A stretch of DNA of 64,000 nt, taken from NCBI GenBank assembly GCA_976551045.1, contig CDPCPM010000091.1, forward strand, positions 11,408,001 to 11,472,000. The letters are read 5' to 3'. Below, piece by piece: positions 10,761 through 22,572 of this stretch (positions within the stretch are counted from its first letter, which is position 1; each line of letters opens with the position of its first letter). The notes under the pieces were generated by a model. That model worked only from the letters and a program-made list of their open reading frames with translations, had not been told where the DNA came from and did not search any database. A program made the position numbers and the translations under genes. The DNA comes from Glaucostegus cemiculus. Lineage: Eukaryota.

Positions 10761-13700
10761 ATGACAAATGTGTTACAGTTCCTAATACAATTTCCTATTC
10801 CGCTTACCGAGATAAAGTCATTAAAAATCTTTCCCAGTGGATCTGATTTGCCAATTATAAAGGACGTTAGACAAATCTAACAAATTAGGCTTGAACTAAA
10901 ATTCACTTACTCTATAATGGCAAACTAAGTAAATTGTTCACACATTTTATATGGATATTATTATACAAATGTAAAGAATTATCTGATTCTATTCTTTTGG
11001 TTTTAATCAATTGCATGTATTTACTACAATTACCTTACCACTCCAGCAGGTAAGAATATATCTAAATAAATTTCATCGAGCTTTGTACGAGCAATCCATA
11101 TAAACAACAGAGTCTGCATGACACAGAGAGAACTACTGTGGTAATCTGCTCCTGCATAATTATTTTGAAATCGATGCATAAATAACCAGTGGTTAGTACA
11201 AGGCTAGATGACAAAACCAGTGAATACAGGTATATTCATCTTTTAACCCCCATGAATTTCCATATTTCATTTGGCTCAGTAGCCATTAAATTGGGACTGA
11301 AAATGGTGATCAAGTCATTTATTTCTTCAGTTTCCATATATCGTCTCTTTGAGTGTTAAACCTAAATGACAGAATATGACTGAAACGTCAGCTGATGCGT
11401 GATACAAGTAACGAAGTGAAAAATTAATCAAGTTGTTCTGTCATTTTAGTTCAGAATCCCAGTTCAACATCCTGAGAGGCATTATGTTCATTTACTTGAG
11501 CAGTGATCTTGGGTTGTGTGATTAATTTTATGCAAAGGTTTCAATTGTATAACATTGCATTGCATTTACTTATTGTAGAATTGGATTGGAAAAAAATTGT
11601 GATGTTTGTTCTTGTGATCTGAATTTTCTTCCATTTTATTATAAATTCATATTAAAAAAAACTGATGGTTGAATAAACTGATACAATAAGGTTAAGCTGC
11701 AGGGTTCAAACTATGGGAGCTTAGGGATACATTAAAGAGAGCTACGCCTTATAGCTGATCACATTCTACCTGCCCTGTAAGTGTTTCACACTTACACAGG
11801 ATATTAAAATTTCTAGTTTGATCAACACAATGTACCTCTTTGAGATCCAGGTTTAAGGGAATATGCATGGTGAGTAGAAACATAATGGCATGACTGCTCT
11901 TCAGCTTATAGGGAAACTATAATCCTCTGCTGGAGTTGATAACTGCTAGTTGTGTCCTAAAAACTAGGGAAAGTGATCTGGATATTTTATCATGCTGTGC
12001 CCATTTCAATGGCATAATATTGGGGTGCAAGAGTCCAGTATGGAGGATCATGAATTGGCATGTCTCATTCCAAAACAGATGACCTGTCATCTGTCATATT
12101 GGACTAGGCTTCTCACTGGACATCTGAGCTTGTGCCTTTGGACCATTGCTTGTGTACATTCATGACATGGTGAGAAGTTTTGTGTTCAAACAAACTTGAA
12201 GACTCTGCCCCGGCCCCAGGTCTAGCTGGGAATACTGCCGCTTCTCCTAGAAGGAATTTGGAACTTTCCCAACTCATAACTCCATTGGGACGCCGACATC
12301 TGTCGCCAGTAAAACTAATTCTGATGTCCTGTGTGGGAGGATTCAAGCAGGTAGACACATCTGAAGAGAGTGGGACAGCTGTTCCTTCTGGCTCTACCTG
12401 GAACTTTTTATTCTTTTCCTCCAACCTTAATGCTTACTGATCCTGGCAACTGTGCTTGAGTCTGCATCTGAGATAACTGTATTCATTTATAATATTTGCA
12501 CAGACTGTAGCTATGGCCTCAAGGATTGAGAATACAATTTGTACTGCTGGCTATTCTGTTCCTTAGATCCAGTCACTTGTCTGAAGTCGATTTGTTGAGA
12601 CAGTAAATCAACTTTCTACAGTGCTGTGATCCACCTGGCTCATTGTTCCAGCAAACCACACAACTTTTCCATAACAACATGCTTCACCATTCTCAACTGT
12701 AAATGATCTGCCCAATGGTAATACAGAGATAACAGTTGGTGATGTATCTATGCAACAAACCCATAGTCTCAATGAAGATTATTCCAGTTCAGACCCTGAA
12801 TTAATTCACACTACCATCAAAGGATGAGGGTGCTATTCACTGTGAAAGCCATGGCAATTAATCTCCTTGACTTTTGGAAGTGACTTGTGAAAGTGACATT
12901 ATAGATGGCCCACTTCTGATCCATTGGAGCAACAGGGTGTTGCCTTCAGCTGCAAAGGGAGCATAATGGAGAATAAATGACAGCAGTATGCGCTGCAGAT
13001 GACTTGTGATATAGCAAAGTCATTGATATTGAAAGGGTACAGATGATTTGGAAGGTACGGTAGAATGACCATCCTTTTCTCAATCACAATTACCACACAA
13101 ACACAATTTGCTTTGCAGTTGATAAATTTCCCCAATTCTACTGAGCATTGCAGACTCAATTAACTGAAGCATAGATTTTCTTTTCAAGAATTGCAGACAA
13201 TTTCAACTGGAATTTATCATGCCGGTTCATACTCACATCCTTAAGCCTTTTGGCATCTTAAGCAGATTGATGTCATTATATTTGATACGTATTATGGAGC
13301 CTGATTTCACATGCCCATATTTAGTTATGTGTCTACAGCTTTACCTAATTAGTCAAGTCAGACTTATATGACTTTTGCAACCATGTATATATTAACTGAT
13401 GTTCAGCGGTTTTATCAATATATATTGGTTCCATGCATGCAAGAAATATCCAGCTGCCTAATGATGTAGCATTTGTTCATTCATTCATAACTGTAACTCT
13501 GCCTCTTTATGCGGTCTGCCTTTGAGGTGACAGGACCATTAATTCTTCCCCTAAAACATGCCATATTTGGCAGTTAAAGATTGACTAGGATTCAAAATCC
13601 TACTGGTTGAACAAAAAAGAAAGTAATCTTGTTGCTTGATACGGGACATTTAAAAATAAATCTGGGTGGCATTCCCACCGTCACATTCTTTCTGCACTTC

Positions 13701-14099
13701 TTTTATTCTTATTTAAGAATTTCATTGTCATACATGACAGTTTTCTAATTACATCTGGGTCACCTTGCTGATTGATTCTGCAGGCAATATTTGTTTCATT
13801 GTATCCTTGGATTGAGATTTTTTTAAAAACCACTAAACCTTGAGTGATTTTATCAGCTATAGCAGGGGCCCATTTGGCACTCCAGAGCAGTTGCAGTGAT
13901 GAATTTAGCTTTGGGCAGTGAAAAAGTTAATTACAGTGAGGAACTGGAGAGTGATATCTGAGACAAGTTTAAATCAGTAAAGAAAATGAAAATGGCTGTA
14001 TAATGTTTTCCACATTAGGATAGGACCTTTATCCCATCTAGCAGGCTGATTATAAACCCTTTCCAAAGCTTAATTTAAGCAGGAAGTTTAAAGAGCCTG

Positions 14100-15430
14100 C
14101 AACTTGCATTTAATTGGTACTGTTAACAAAGGAAGGTATCCCAAGGTGCTTCACTAGAGCATTATCAATCAAATTCCAACATCAAAGCACACAAGTGTAT
14201 AATGGAACAGAGGTAAGTTTTAAGGAACATCTTGAAGGACGTTCAAATTTTGAGTATGTTCAATTTTGAGATCAGATTTTTGCATACCAAGGTAATGAGA
14301 GATTATGCAGATATGGGGATTAGGTGGGAAAGTGAATGAGGCCCAGCGTCACCCACGAACTTGATGAAGGATGAAGCAGACTCAAGGATTAACGTGACCT
14401 ACTCCTGCTTTTATTTCTTGTTTTCTTGTGTGAGACACAGAGTGGCTTCTAAATTGAATTTCGGGGCTTATGGAAGAGCTAATTGAAGACATGGCAATGA
14501 ATGGCAAAGTGAATAAATTTGGGAAATTCAACAAGCCAGAACTGGAGTCCAAAGATGGTAATGTCTATATGATGGGAGAGGCTACAGAGATCAGAAGAGT
14601 GAGGCAATGAAGGAAAGCAATCTTCATTGCTGGACTGAAACTTGTATAGATTAGCATGCATGTGCTTAATAGATGAACCAGACTTAATGTGTTAGGAAAT
14701 GGACAGCCACATTTTAGACGAGATCAAGTTTATGTGGGATGGGGAACATCACAGGACTCCACTGGAATAGCCAAGGTTACGGACAGCAAGGACATAGATT
14801 AGGGTTTCAGCAGCCGATGTCCTGAGGCAAGACGGAGAATATTAATGAAAAGGGTTTAGTCATGGCATAAATCATGATGTTGATAGCTTATCGAGACCAA
14901 GTTTACAAACTATATGGTTCAATCTCAGACAACGAAAGGCTTGGAGTCAGTGGATAGGGAGCACAGATTCTGGTGAAGAACATGGCTTTAGTTTACCCAA
15001 CATTTAGTTGGAGGGAATTTCTTCTCATCCAGAAATTGATATCAAACAAACATCATGATAAATCAAGCAAAATTAGAGGTATTGCAAGAAGTGATATGAA
15101 TTAGTGTTTAATTTCATCAGATTATTTGTGGAATTTACTGTGATTTTGGTTAATGTCACTGACTATTGACATGAATGTGAAAAATAATCTAGCCAAGACT
15201 TCTTTGGGAGACTAGAAGAAACAACATGGCAGAAGCCAGTGCAGGATTCTTTGACTGCCGTTGGATAGTTGTCAGTGGGACCAAGGAAGGACAGTCTCAC
15301 CTGATACCTAACGGAGCGTGGTGTTCGGGAAGGATAGTGTGTCAACCATATCAAAGTCTTTATTCACATCAAGAAGGATGAGAAAGGTTAGCTTATCACA
15401 GTCATGGTTAAGTAGGATATTACTTCTTTT
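14100..15430 (-). mobile_element. Ancient L2 LINE (3' end plus RT remnants), interrupted by a CR1 tail
   Basis: L2-like 3' end caacttgcatt...ccaaggtgcttcac. ORF 15308..15592 contains LILLDVNKDFDMVD, similar to the RT motif LLDLSAAFDTVD. Confidence 0.6.
14245..14430 (+). mobile_element. CR1 3' end
   Basis: agcagactcaagg...gacctactcctgcttttatttcttgttttcttg tail. Confidence 0.6.
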
Positions 15431-15668
15431 CTCAGACAGTAGTGAGTCTCTGGAATTCCCTGCCCCTGGGGGTGATGGAGGCCAGATCACTAGCGATATT
15501 AAAGGTGGAGATAGATAAATATTTGAAAGATCAAGGAATTGAGGGTTATGGGGAACTGGCACAGAAGAGGAGTTGAGGCCAGCATAGATCAACCTTGATC
15601 ATATTGAATGACAGGCCATCCTTGAGTGTCCTAGTGATCTATTCCTGCTCCTGCTCTTGTGTTCTTAA
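15430..15668 (+). mobile_element. CR1 3' end
   Basis: gtagtgagtctctggaattccctgccc (VVSLWNSLP) followed by a 3' UTR ending tcttgtgttctt. Confidence 0.75.
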
Positions 15669-16764
15669 CTTTGATTAGGCTGCAGAAATGACTGAAATGC
15701 TTAACTTAAGCAAGCATTCAAGGAGTCCTTTTCCTGGCTGTTGGAAATTGGCATCATTTCAGTTGTTCATCGGAGATCCCTGGGTGAAATTGTCACTTTG
15801 GTACCCACTCTGCTGATTGCACTCGGTGCTTTGTGCTTTGGTGGGCAAGGTTTACTGTTTGATTACCTACTAAGCAAATTGGCCAGAGGCCCTGTAAAGC
15901 ATTCCAGCTTAACATTCAGATAAGGTCAAAGACATATGTACATATAAATAACTTATGATCATATCACCAAACTCTCTGATATTAACATACAAATTTTCAT
16001 CTTGTTTGATTGCTACTGACATCCAACGTTAACAATTGCCATCATTAGCCTAACAGTAACCTGTTAAAACCTGAGTGGAGGAGGTTGGTAATGTTATCAA
16101 TAGAAGATACATTTACTTGTCTAATAATGTGAGGTCAATTTTTGCCACTATTAGAAGGATAGGTTCGTGAAAGTTTTCCTTTGTGTTTTGCTAATGTTGA
16201 ACTAATGGTATCTGGGAGAGAACCTCATTGAAAAATAAGGATTTATGCATCATTGGATATATAATGTAGCATTTTGGTTTACTTTAAAAAGATAAATGAT
16301 ATGTTATTTTTTTGAAAAAAGAGCAAAGCTATTGGGAGAGAAAATGTGAAAAGGGAAGTTGGTTTGAAAAAACAAACAAGGTTGTGATTTATGGCTAAAC
16401 AGCCCAGATTTGTTCATTACTAAGCAGTCATTCATTTTAATGTGCTATATGACAAATTCATAGTCATCAGTTCTCAGGATGTGCTGTTAGGTTTGCAATG
16501 TTTACAGCTTATGTACCCAACTAAGCCCCATATGGCATCTGTAAGAATGATACTTTTTAAGTACCATTAAGATCATAGCTAATGCCTCAGTAATTACTTT
16601 GAAATGTCTCCCCTGCAGGATTATTATGGTAATAATGAGCATTGCAGCATATTTTATACCTGAATAAAGGACCTTCAGTTGATTAAAGCACAAGGCCCCC
16701 TATTCTAGCATGAAATATGTTTGAACCTTTATTATACTCATTCATAAATAATGACAATTTTAGA

Positions 16765-17305
16765 AAACATAGAACCATAGAATTATAAATTGGTCACAGC
16801 ACAGAAAGAGACCACTTGGTGCATCATCTCCACGCTGGCTCTCTACCAGAGCAACCCTATTTTTCCAGCTGCCAGTTGTTTCTCCATAGCCTTGCAAGAT
16901 TTTCTCTACCAAATATTTATCCAATTCCCTCTTCAAGGCCACAGTAGAATTTGCCTTCACCACATCTGCAGTATGTGTATTTTTCTCCATATCATTGTTG
17001 ATTCCTTTCCCCTTTTTTATACCTGTGACCTCTAGTCCTCAATCCTTCCACAAATGAGAATGATCTCCCACTCTCCACTCTGTCCAGAATCCTCATCATT
17101 TTTTGTACTTTTATCAAATATCCCCTCAGCCTTCTCTTCTACTAAGAAAATAGCCCCAGCCCCTGTAATCTATCCTTATAACTGTGGCCCTTCATCCCAG
17201 GAACCATTCTTATAACTCTTCACGACCCTCTCAAATGCCTTCACATCGTTCCTATCATATGGCAACCAGAATTGAACCCGACATTCCATCTGAGGCTAGA
17301 CTGGT
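16765..17305 (-). mobile_element. CR1 3' fragment
   Basis: Tail catagaaccatagaa. ORF 16760..16990 contains DVVKANSTVALKRELDKYL. Confidence 0.75.
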
Positions 17306-17814
17306 CTCAGGTATCTAAAATGCTGATTTTAATGGGAAAGAAATTCAACTCACCAATTTTTTGTAATGACAATACCATGACAACTGCATGAGATGCCCAA
17401 ACTGGCTGAAAGGTCATCCATTTAAAAATTACCTTTACAGCAGAACTTGTAGGACAGGTGGAGCAGAGAAGGATCTCCCCCTCTGCTGGATTTACCCTCT
17501 TACCTTTTCCTCCTCTGTCAGGAACCGCAGCCCATACAATAATACCTTAGTGTCATTGAACTGGAATTCGTCCTCTACATCCCTCCTCATGGAGGCAGAC
17601 ATCAGTTGAGTCCTGTTCTCTTCTTTACTCCACCTGATCTGAAGCCAATACCATCAATCAGGCTGACTTCTAGCTGGAGATCTTGGCAAAAAATGTGCAC
17701 AGCGTGGAGTCAAAACCCTGACCTTTTCAAGTCTCCTGTTAGACCTTCGCCCTCTCCTCCCCCCCAACCCCAATACCAACATGGCAAATAGCCCACCACA
17801 TCATGATCAGGACC

Positions 17815-18398
17815 TCTGTGTATTGGCTATTTGATGTCTAGAGGTGTAGCCTGCAAAAGTTTGGAGGTTATGTTGAATCTTTAAGAAGTACTTAGGCCAC
17901 AATTGTCAATTTTACCGCCACACTTTAAGAAGGCTATGAAAGTCACAGAGAAGGTGAAGAAGATATTTACTTGAATAATTACAGAGGTGAGAGATTTCAG
18001 CTACAGAATTAGGTTGGAGAAGCTGAGATTGCTGTTGGAGCAAAGAAAATTGAGAGGAGATTTGAAAGAGATGTACAAGATCATGACAAGTCTAGATAAG
18101 GCAAACAAAAAGAAAGTGTTTCTATCAGCAAATGGTTCATGGGCCAACGAACACACTTAGAGTAGGTGTAAAAGATATCAGAGGAAAGTGTAAATCTTTT
18201 CTGCAGAGAGTGGTGCTGATCTTGAACTCACCACTGCCATGGTTTTCTAAAGAAAATTTGATGGGTACGAGGTAATTTACAGGGTCCTGGGGAAAGAGCA
18301 GGAAATGGCACTGAATGGATTACAGGGAAATTAGTTTGAAGGAAATGGGCTGAATGGATTCATGTGTGCCATAATGATTCGATCATTCTATGATTCCC
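17815..18398 (+). mobile_element. CR1 3' fragment
   Basis: Decayed RLRGDLxEMYKIM segment with tail attcgatcattctatgattc. Confidence 0.7.
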
Positions 18399-19504
18399 AT
18401 GTAGAAAAAGATCCCGAGTTCTAGGTTGTTGAAGTAATGTTGAAGAAATTGAAACCTAATGAACAAGTTGATCCTGAAAGAATGGATGAAACACATGATA
18501 AACAAATATTGGAATAGTGACAAGCATGAAAGGTTGGTCTATCAAATATGACTCCTCATTAAAGAGGTATCTGAAGCAGCATGCAAATAATCATTAAATG
18601 CAGCAAATGCTGAAGGAGGAGATTAGTTATATGTCACACAGTCTAATAACTCTGCCATTACAGCAGATAAGACTAGCATCGATATTGACCAGCACTAGAA
18701 TATGTAATCAATGCCAGAATGTGACCACATTTGCCATTGCTTGCAGAAGTCAGTATGAGACAATACAGATGTACTGAAATGCTGCATCTGCATTTAAGTC
18801 ACTCTCTTATGCAATGATTGGATGCTAGTTAACTGTAAAATAGGTCAGCAACCTATTCCGTTTGTGTTGACAATTTCTCTTTGTGTCTTTCTATGTGGGG
18901 ATTGTTAAAGTAGGTTTGGGTCAGATGTGACGTTAAAATTTTAAAAACCTCAAAACACAGTCACATCTAGTTTTAAACGAGGCTAGCCAAGACTGGGTAA
19001 ACATCACTGCTCCTCGGAGGTAGATCGCTTATTTAATGTTTCATATTTCATCTCTCTCAGGTTTAACCAGTTCACCACTCCCCCATCTTACCCCAAGTAA
19101 ACTCAGCAGCTAAAGGTGGGGTGTGGTGGGAGAGGTAAAGACTACTGCCACACTTTTGGTACACTGCTTGTGAACCTGAATGAGTAGGAGTGCTTTGACT
19201 TGGCCCTCTACCTATCCTGTTTCACTGCCTGCACATTGAGGACCTCTCATCCATGATAACACCCCAACTTGCTACTAGCCCAATGTGATGACCCCCTAAT
19301 CCTTTACACCACTGACCCCAAACCCCTGCAATTTGTACATACTATTTACCTTCTTCAGCAGTCCCCACCCAAAAAGTAAGCTGAAGGACATATCAGTTTC
19401 ATTTCCAGATAGAAACCTGCCTCAGAAGACACGTGCATGTCATGTTGTCAGACTGAACTTTCCTCCCTCCCTCTTGGACATACTCAGTATCAACTGTGGT
19501 TGAT

Positions 19505-19630
19505 GCAAGGGATTGCAGTTACTGGAATCTGGAGCAACCAATCTGCTGGAGGATCCCAGCCGGTTGAGCAGCATCTGTGGAAGGAAAGGAACTGTCGACG
19601 CTTCAGGTCGAAACCCTGCATCAGGACCCC
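19505..19630 (-). mobile_element. Penelope-like terminus with variant hammerhead motif (19593-19628)
   Basis: Reverse complement GTC CTGATGC AGGGT-TTCG-ACCT GAAG CGTC GAC, followed by the terminal hairpin. Confidence 0.7.
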
Positions 19631-19684
19631 TGTGGTCCATGCAGGAAGTTTTGCAAGGTGGGAAGAGAGAACTAAGATGTGGAT

Positions 19685-19939
19685 TGTAACAGCGCCAGCG
19701 ACCCAGGTTCAATTCCGGCCGCTGTCCGTAAGGAGTTTGTACGTTCTGCCTGCATGGGTTTCCTCCGGGTGCTCCAGTTTCCTCCCACATTCCAAAGACA
19801 TATGGGTTAGGAAGTTGTGGGCATGCTATGTTGGTGCTGAAAGCGTGGCGACACTTGCGGGCTGCCCCCAGAACACGCTACGCAAAAGATGCATTTCACT
19901 GTGTGTTTCAACGTACATGTGACAAATAAAGAAATCTTA
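19685..19939 (+). mobile_element. tRNA-derived V-SINE, family B (tail ...tacatgtgacaaataaaga), 5' clipped
   Basis: B box ggttcaattcc and V core. Tail shared with 51702-52001 and 63418-63695. Confidence 0.88.
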
Positions 19940-20234
19940 AGCTTCCTTCACCCAGCAAACAAAAGGTAACAATAGGGAAGATAAAATCAAATCAACCAAC
20001 CATCCATCACATCCCCAGATTGCCCCTGCACAGGTACCTTCTGTAGCTGGAATATGGGCTTGTTTTGTTCTGTAAAACCTGCCAGTAAAAAACGAAGATG
20101 ACCCCAAAAATGTGTCTAACATTATTTTCCATGTTAGGAAGAGCGGGGGGTAATTGTCATTCTGGGAGCAGGTAGTCAGGAATCTTCTCCTCTGGGCTCC
20201 ACGTACAGGCAAGTCTTGATGCCTTCCAAGCCGT

Positions 20235-20430
20235 CAGAGTCATAGAGTAATACAGCATGGAAACTGGCCCTTCAGCCCAACTCATCCATGCCGACCATGG
20301 TGTCCACCAAGCTGGTCCCGTTTGCCTGTGGTCAACCCAAATTTCTCTAAACCCCCTCCTATCCATATATTTACTCAAATATCTTTTGAATGTTGTTATC
20401 ATACCTGCCTCAACCATTTTTCTCTGTTGT
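20235..20430 (-). mobile_element. CR1 3' end
   Basis: ORF 20157..20465 contains MVEAGMITTFKRYLSKYMDRRG. Tail agagtcatagag. Confidence 0.8.
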
Positions 20431-20557
20431 ATCATGAATTGTTGTAACATGAGTTCAATCGACACTAAATGAAGTACCAGATCCTAATGTGGATGCAGTG
20501 CTCTGAGGTTCGTGGTGTGCCACCGCATCTACATGGCCAGTATAATGGGTGGAGCAC

Positions 20558-20815
20558 TTAGAACATAAAACATAGAACAGTACTGCACAGGAACAGGCCC
20601 TTCAGCCCACGATGATTATGCTGACCCACCTGCCTGCACATGATCCATATCCCTCCACTCCCTATATGTTCGCGTGCCTGTCTAAATGCCTCTTAAGTGC
20701 CACTATCATGCCTGCTTGCATCACCACCCCGGCAGTGTAATCCAGGTACCGACCATTACCTGCGTCAAAAAAACCTCACCCCACACATCTCCTTTAAACT
20801 TTACCCCTCTCACCA
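20558..20815 (-). mobile_element. CR1 3' end
   Basis: Tail agaacataaaacatagaaca. ORF reads VRGVKFKGDVWGEVFLTQVMVGTW. Confidence 0.8.
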
Positions 20816-21224
20816 GAAAACTATTGCCTTCTGTCCAGAAATGGGCCTGCTTCCTACCTGTTATGTTGAAAGAATTGCAAGCTGCCTTAGCACCTGATAA
20901 AAGGCTCAATCAACTGAATTTCTAGCCTGAATTGTCCTTTAGTTAATATTTAAGTCCCCACTCCAAACATATTTAAATTGATGACAACCATATTTAGCCA
21001 TTGCCCAAGAGTTTCAAACTAACACTTTGCACTGCATTAATAATTTACTTAATGTCAGAACAAAGCCATTGTTTGCATTTATTCAGCATGTTTAATGTTG
21101 GTATCTAGCGGAAATGGTTTTATTTGGTCTCTGGTGGTGAGGCTCCTGTATTCACTGCACACAAAATCCAAATGTCATGGACAGCAGAATTTCCTTCACT
21201 ATCTCCTGCCTTGACAGAGATCAA

Positions 21225-22400
21225 AGAGGAGGTGAGCTGGGGGAAAAGATTATTGCAGGGAATGTTCAGAGGGAAGAAAGTTAGGTGATGAGTGGGGTAG
21301 TAGGGACAAATGCCCAGGTAGGGATTGGAGGCCTAGGAGGATTACTGAGAGGGGTGTGTGGATCATAAGGGGATCACCAAGAAGGGGGGGGGTATCGTAG
21401 AGAAGATCACTGGGAAAATGGGGATGTCACGGGGAGTTTACCAGGAGATGGGTGAGGTTAGAGGGGAGATGGCTGGGGAAGGGGTGGGATTCAAGGAAGA
21501 GGAAGCAGGTTCAAAACAGAGATAAGGAGGAATTTCTTTAGCCAGAGGGTGGTGAACCTGTGGAATTCCTTACCACAGAAAGCAGTGGAAGCCAGATCAT
21601 TGGGGATATTCAAGAAGGAAATAGATAGATATCTAATTGGTCAAGGTATCAAGGGATATGGAGATAAGGCAGGGATTTGGACTTAGAATAGGTTTTTATT
21701 TTTATTTTTTCTCTTATCCTCTTTTTTCCCCACCCTCCCTTCCCTTTGGAGCAGACTCGATGGGCCGACTGGCCTGCTTCTGCTCCATTATCTTGTGATC
21801 TTGTGAAGATCAATAGATGAGGAGTGAGGCAAAAGGGTTTGGGATGAAGGAAGGATTGATAGCAGAAAGCTGGGGCTCAAGGAGAAAGACACTGGGACAG
21901 TGGTAGTGGTTAGAGACCACTGGGTGAGGAGTGGGGTAAGAGGAGAGATCAGCTGGAGGGTGAGGGGGCCACAGGAAAATCATAGGGCCACAGGAGGATG
22001 GTTAGGAGAGGGACAAGGTCCCAGGGAGGATTGTTGGGAAAGGGGCGGGATCACCGGGAGGATCATTGGGATGGGGCGCAGTCATGAAAAGGGCGGCCAG
22101 GCGGAGGAGGGGGGCTGAGGAGGATAACGCTCAGATGTGGTAGGAGTCAGAGGGAATAATGCCGGGAAAATGGCCGAGAATCATAGGGAAGATCACAGGG
22201 AGAGAGTCGAGATCAGACAGGATCCTTAGCAAAGGGTTGGCAGTTAGAGGGTAGATTGCCATTAATGTCATTTGGCTGTGGTGGGAGATCAGAAAGATTA
22301 CTCATGGGTGGTTAATGTTGAACAGTTATTGGGTGCATGGAGGAGCATATGATGGAGTCCGATGGATGAATGGTGGCTGTTGGGGGTGCTCACAGGGATC
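21225..22400 (+). repeat. G-rich degenerate minisatellite (~30-bp unit like GGGGATCACCGGGGAGGGGTGGGG)
   Basis: Recurrent ggatcac/gatcat motifs separated by G runs, split by a CR1 insertion. Confidence 0.6.
21500..21805 (+). mobile_element. CR1 3' end inserted in the G-rich repeat
   Basis: FKTEIRRNFFSQRVVNLWNSLPQKAVEA, then 3' UTR ending tcttgtgatcttgtga. Confidence 0.88.
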
Positions 22401-22409
22401 ACATGCTTA

Positions 22410-22572
22410 GTAGAGCAACACACACAAAGTGCTGGAGGGACTCAGCAGGTCAGGAGCATCCAATGAGGGAAACAAACAGTCAATGTTATGGGCCAAGAGC
22501 CCTCATCAGGACTGGAAAGAAAGAGGGCAGAAGCCAAAATAAAATGGTGGGGTGAGGAGCACGAGCTGGCGT
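22410..22572 (-). mobile_element. Penelope-like terminus with decayed hammerhead (22477-22514)
   Basis: Reverse complement CAGTC CTGATGA GGGC-TCTTG-GCCC ATAA CATT GACTG. Confidence 0.75.

Noticed and set aside
19437-19922. 161-aa ORF and similar ORFs (51202, 51458, 23704, 930, 41834)
   Set aside because: They span SINE, PLE or LINE sequence or low-complexity DNA, with no recognisable domain or exon structure.
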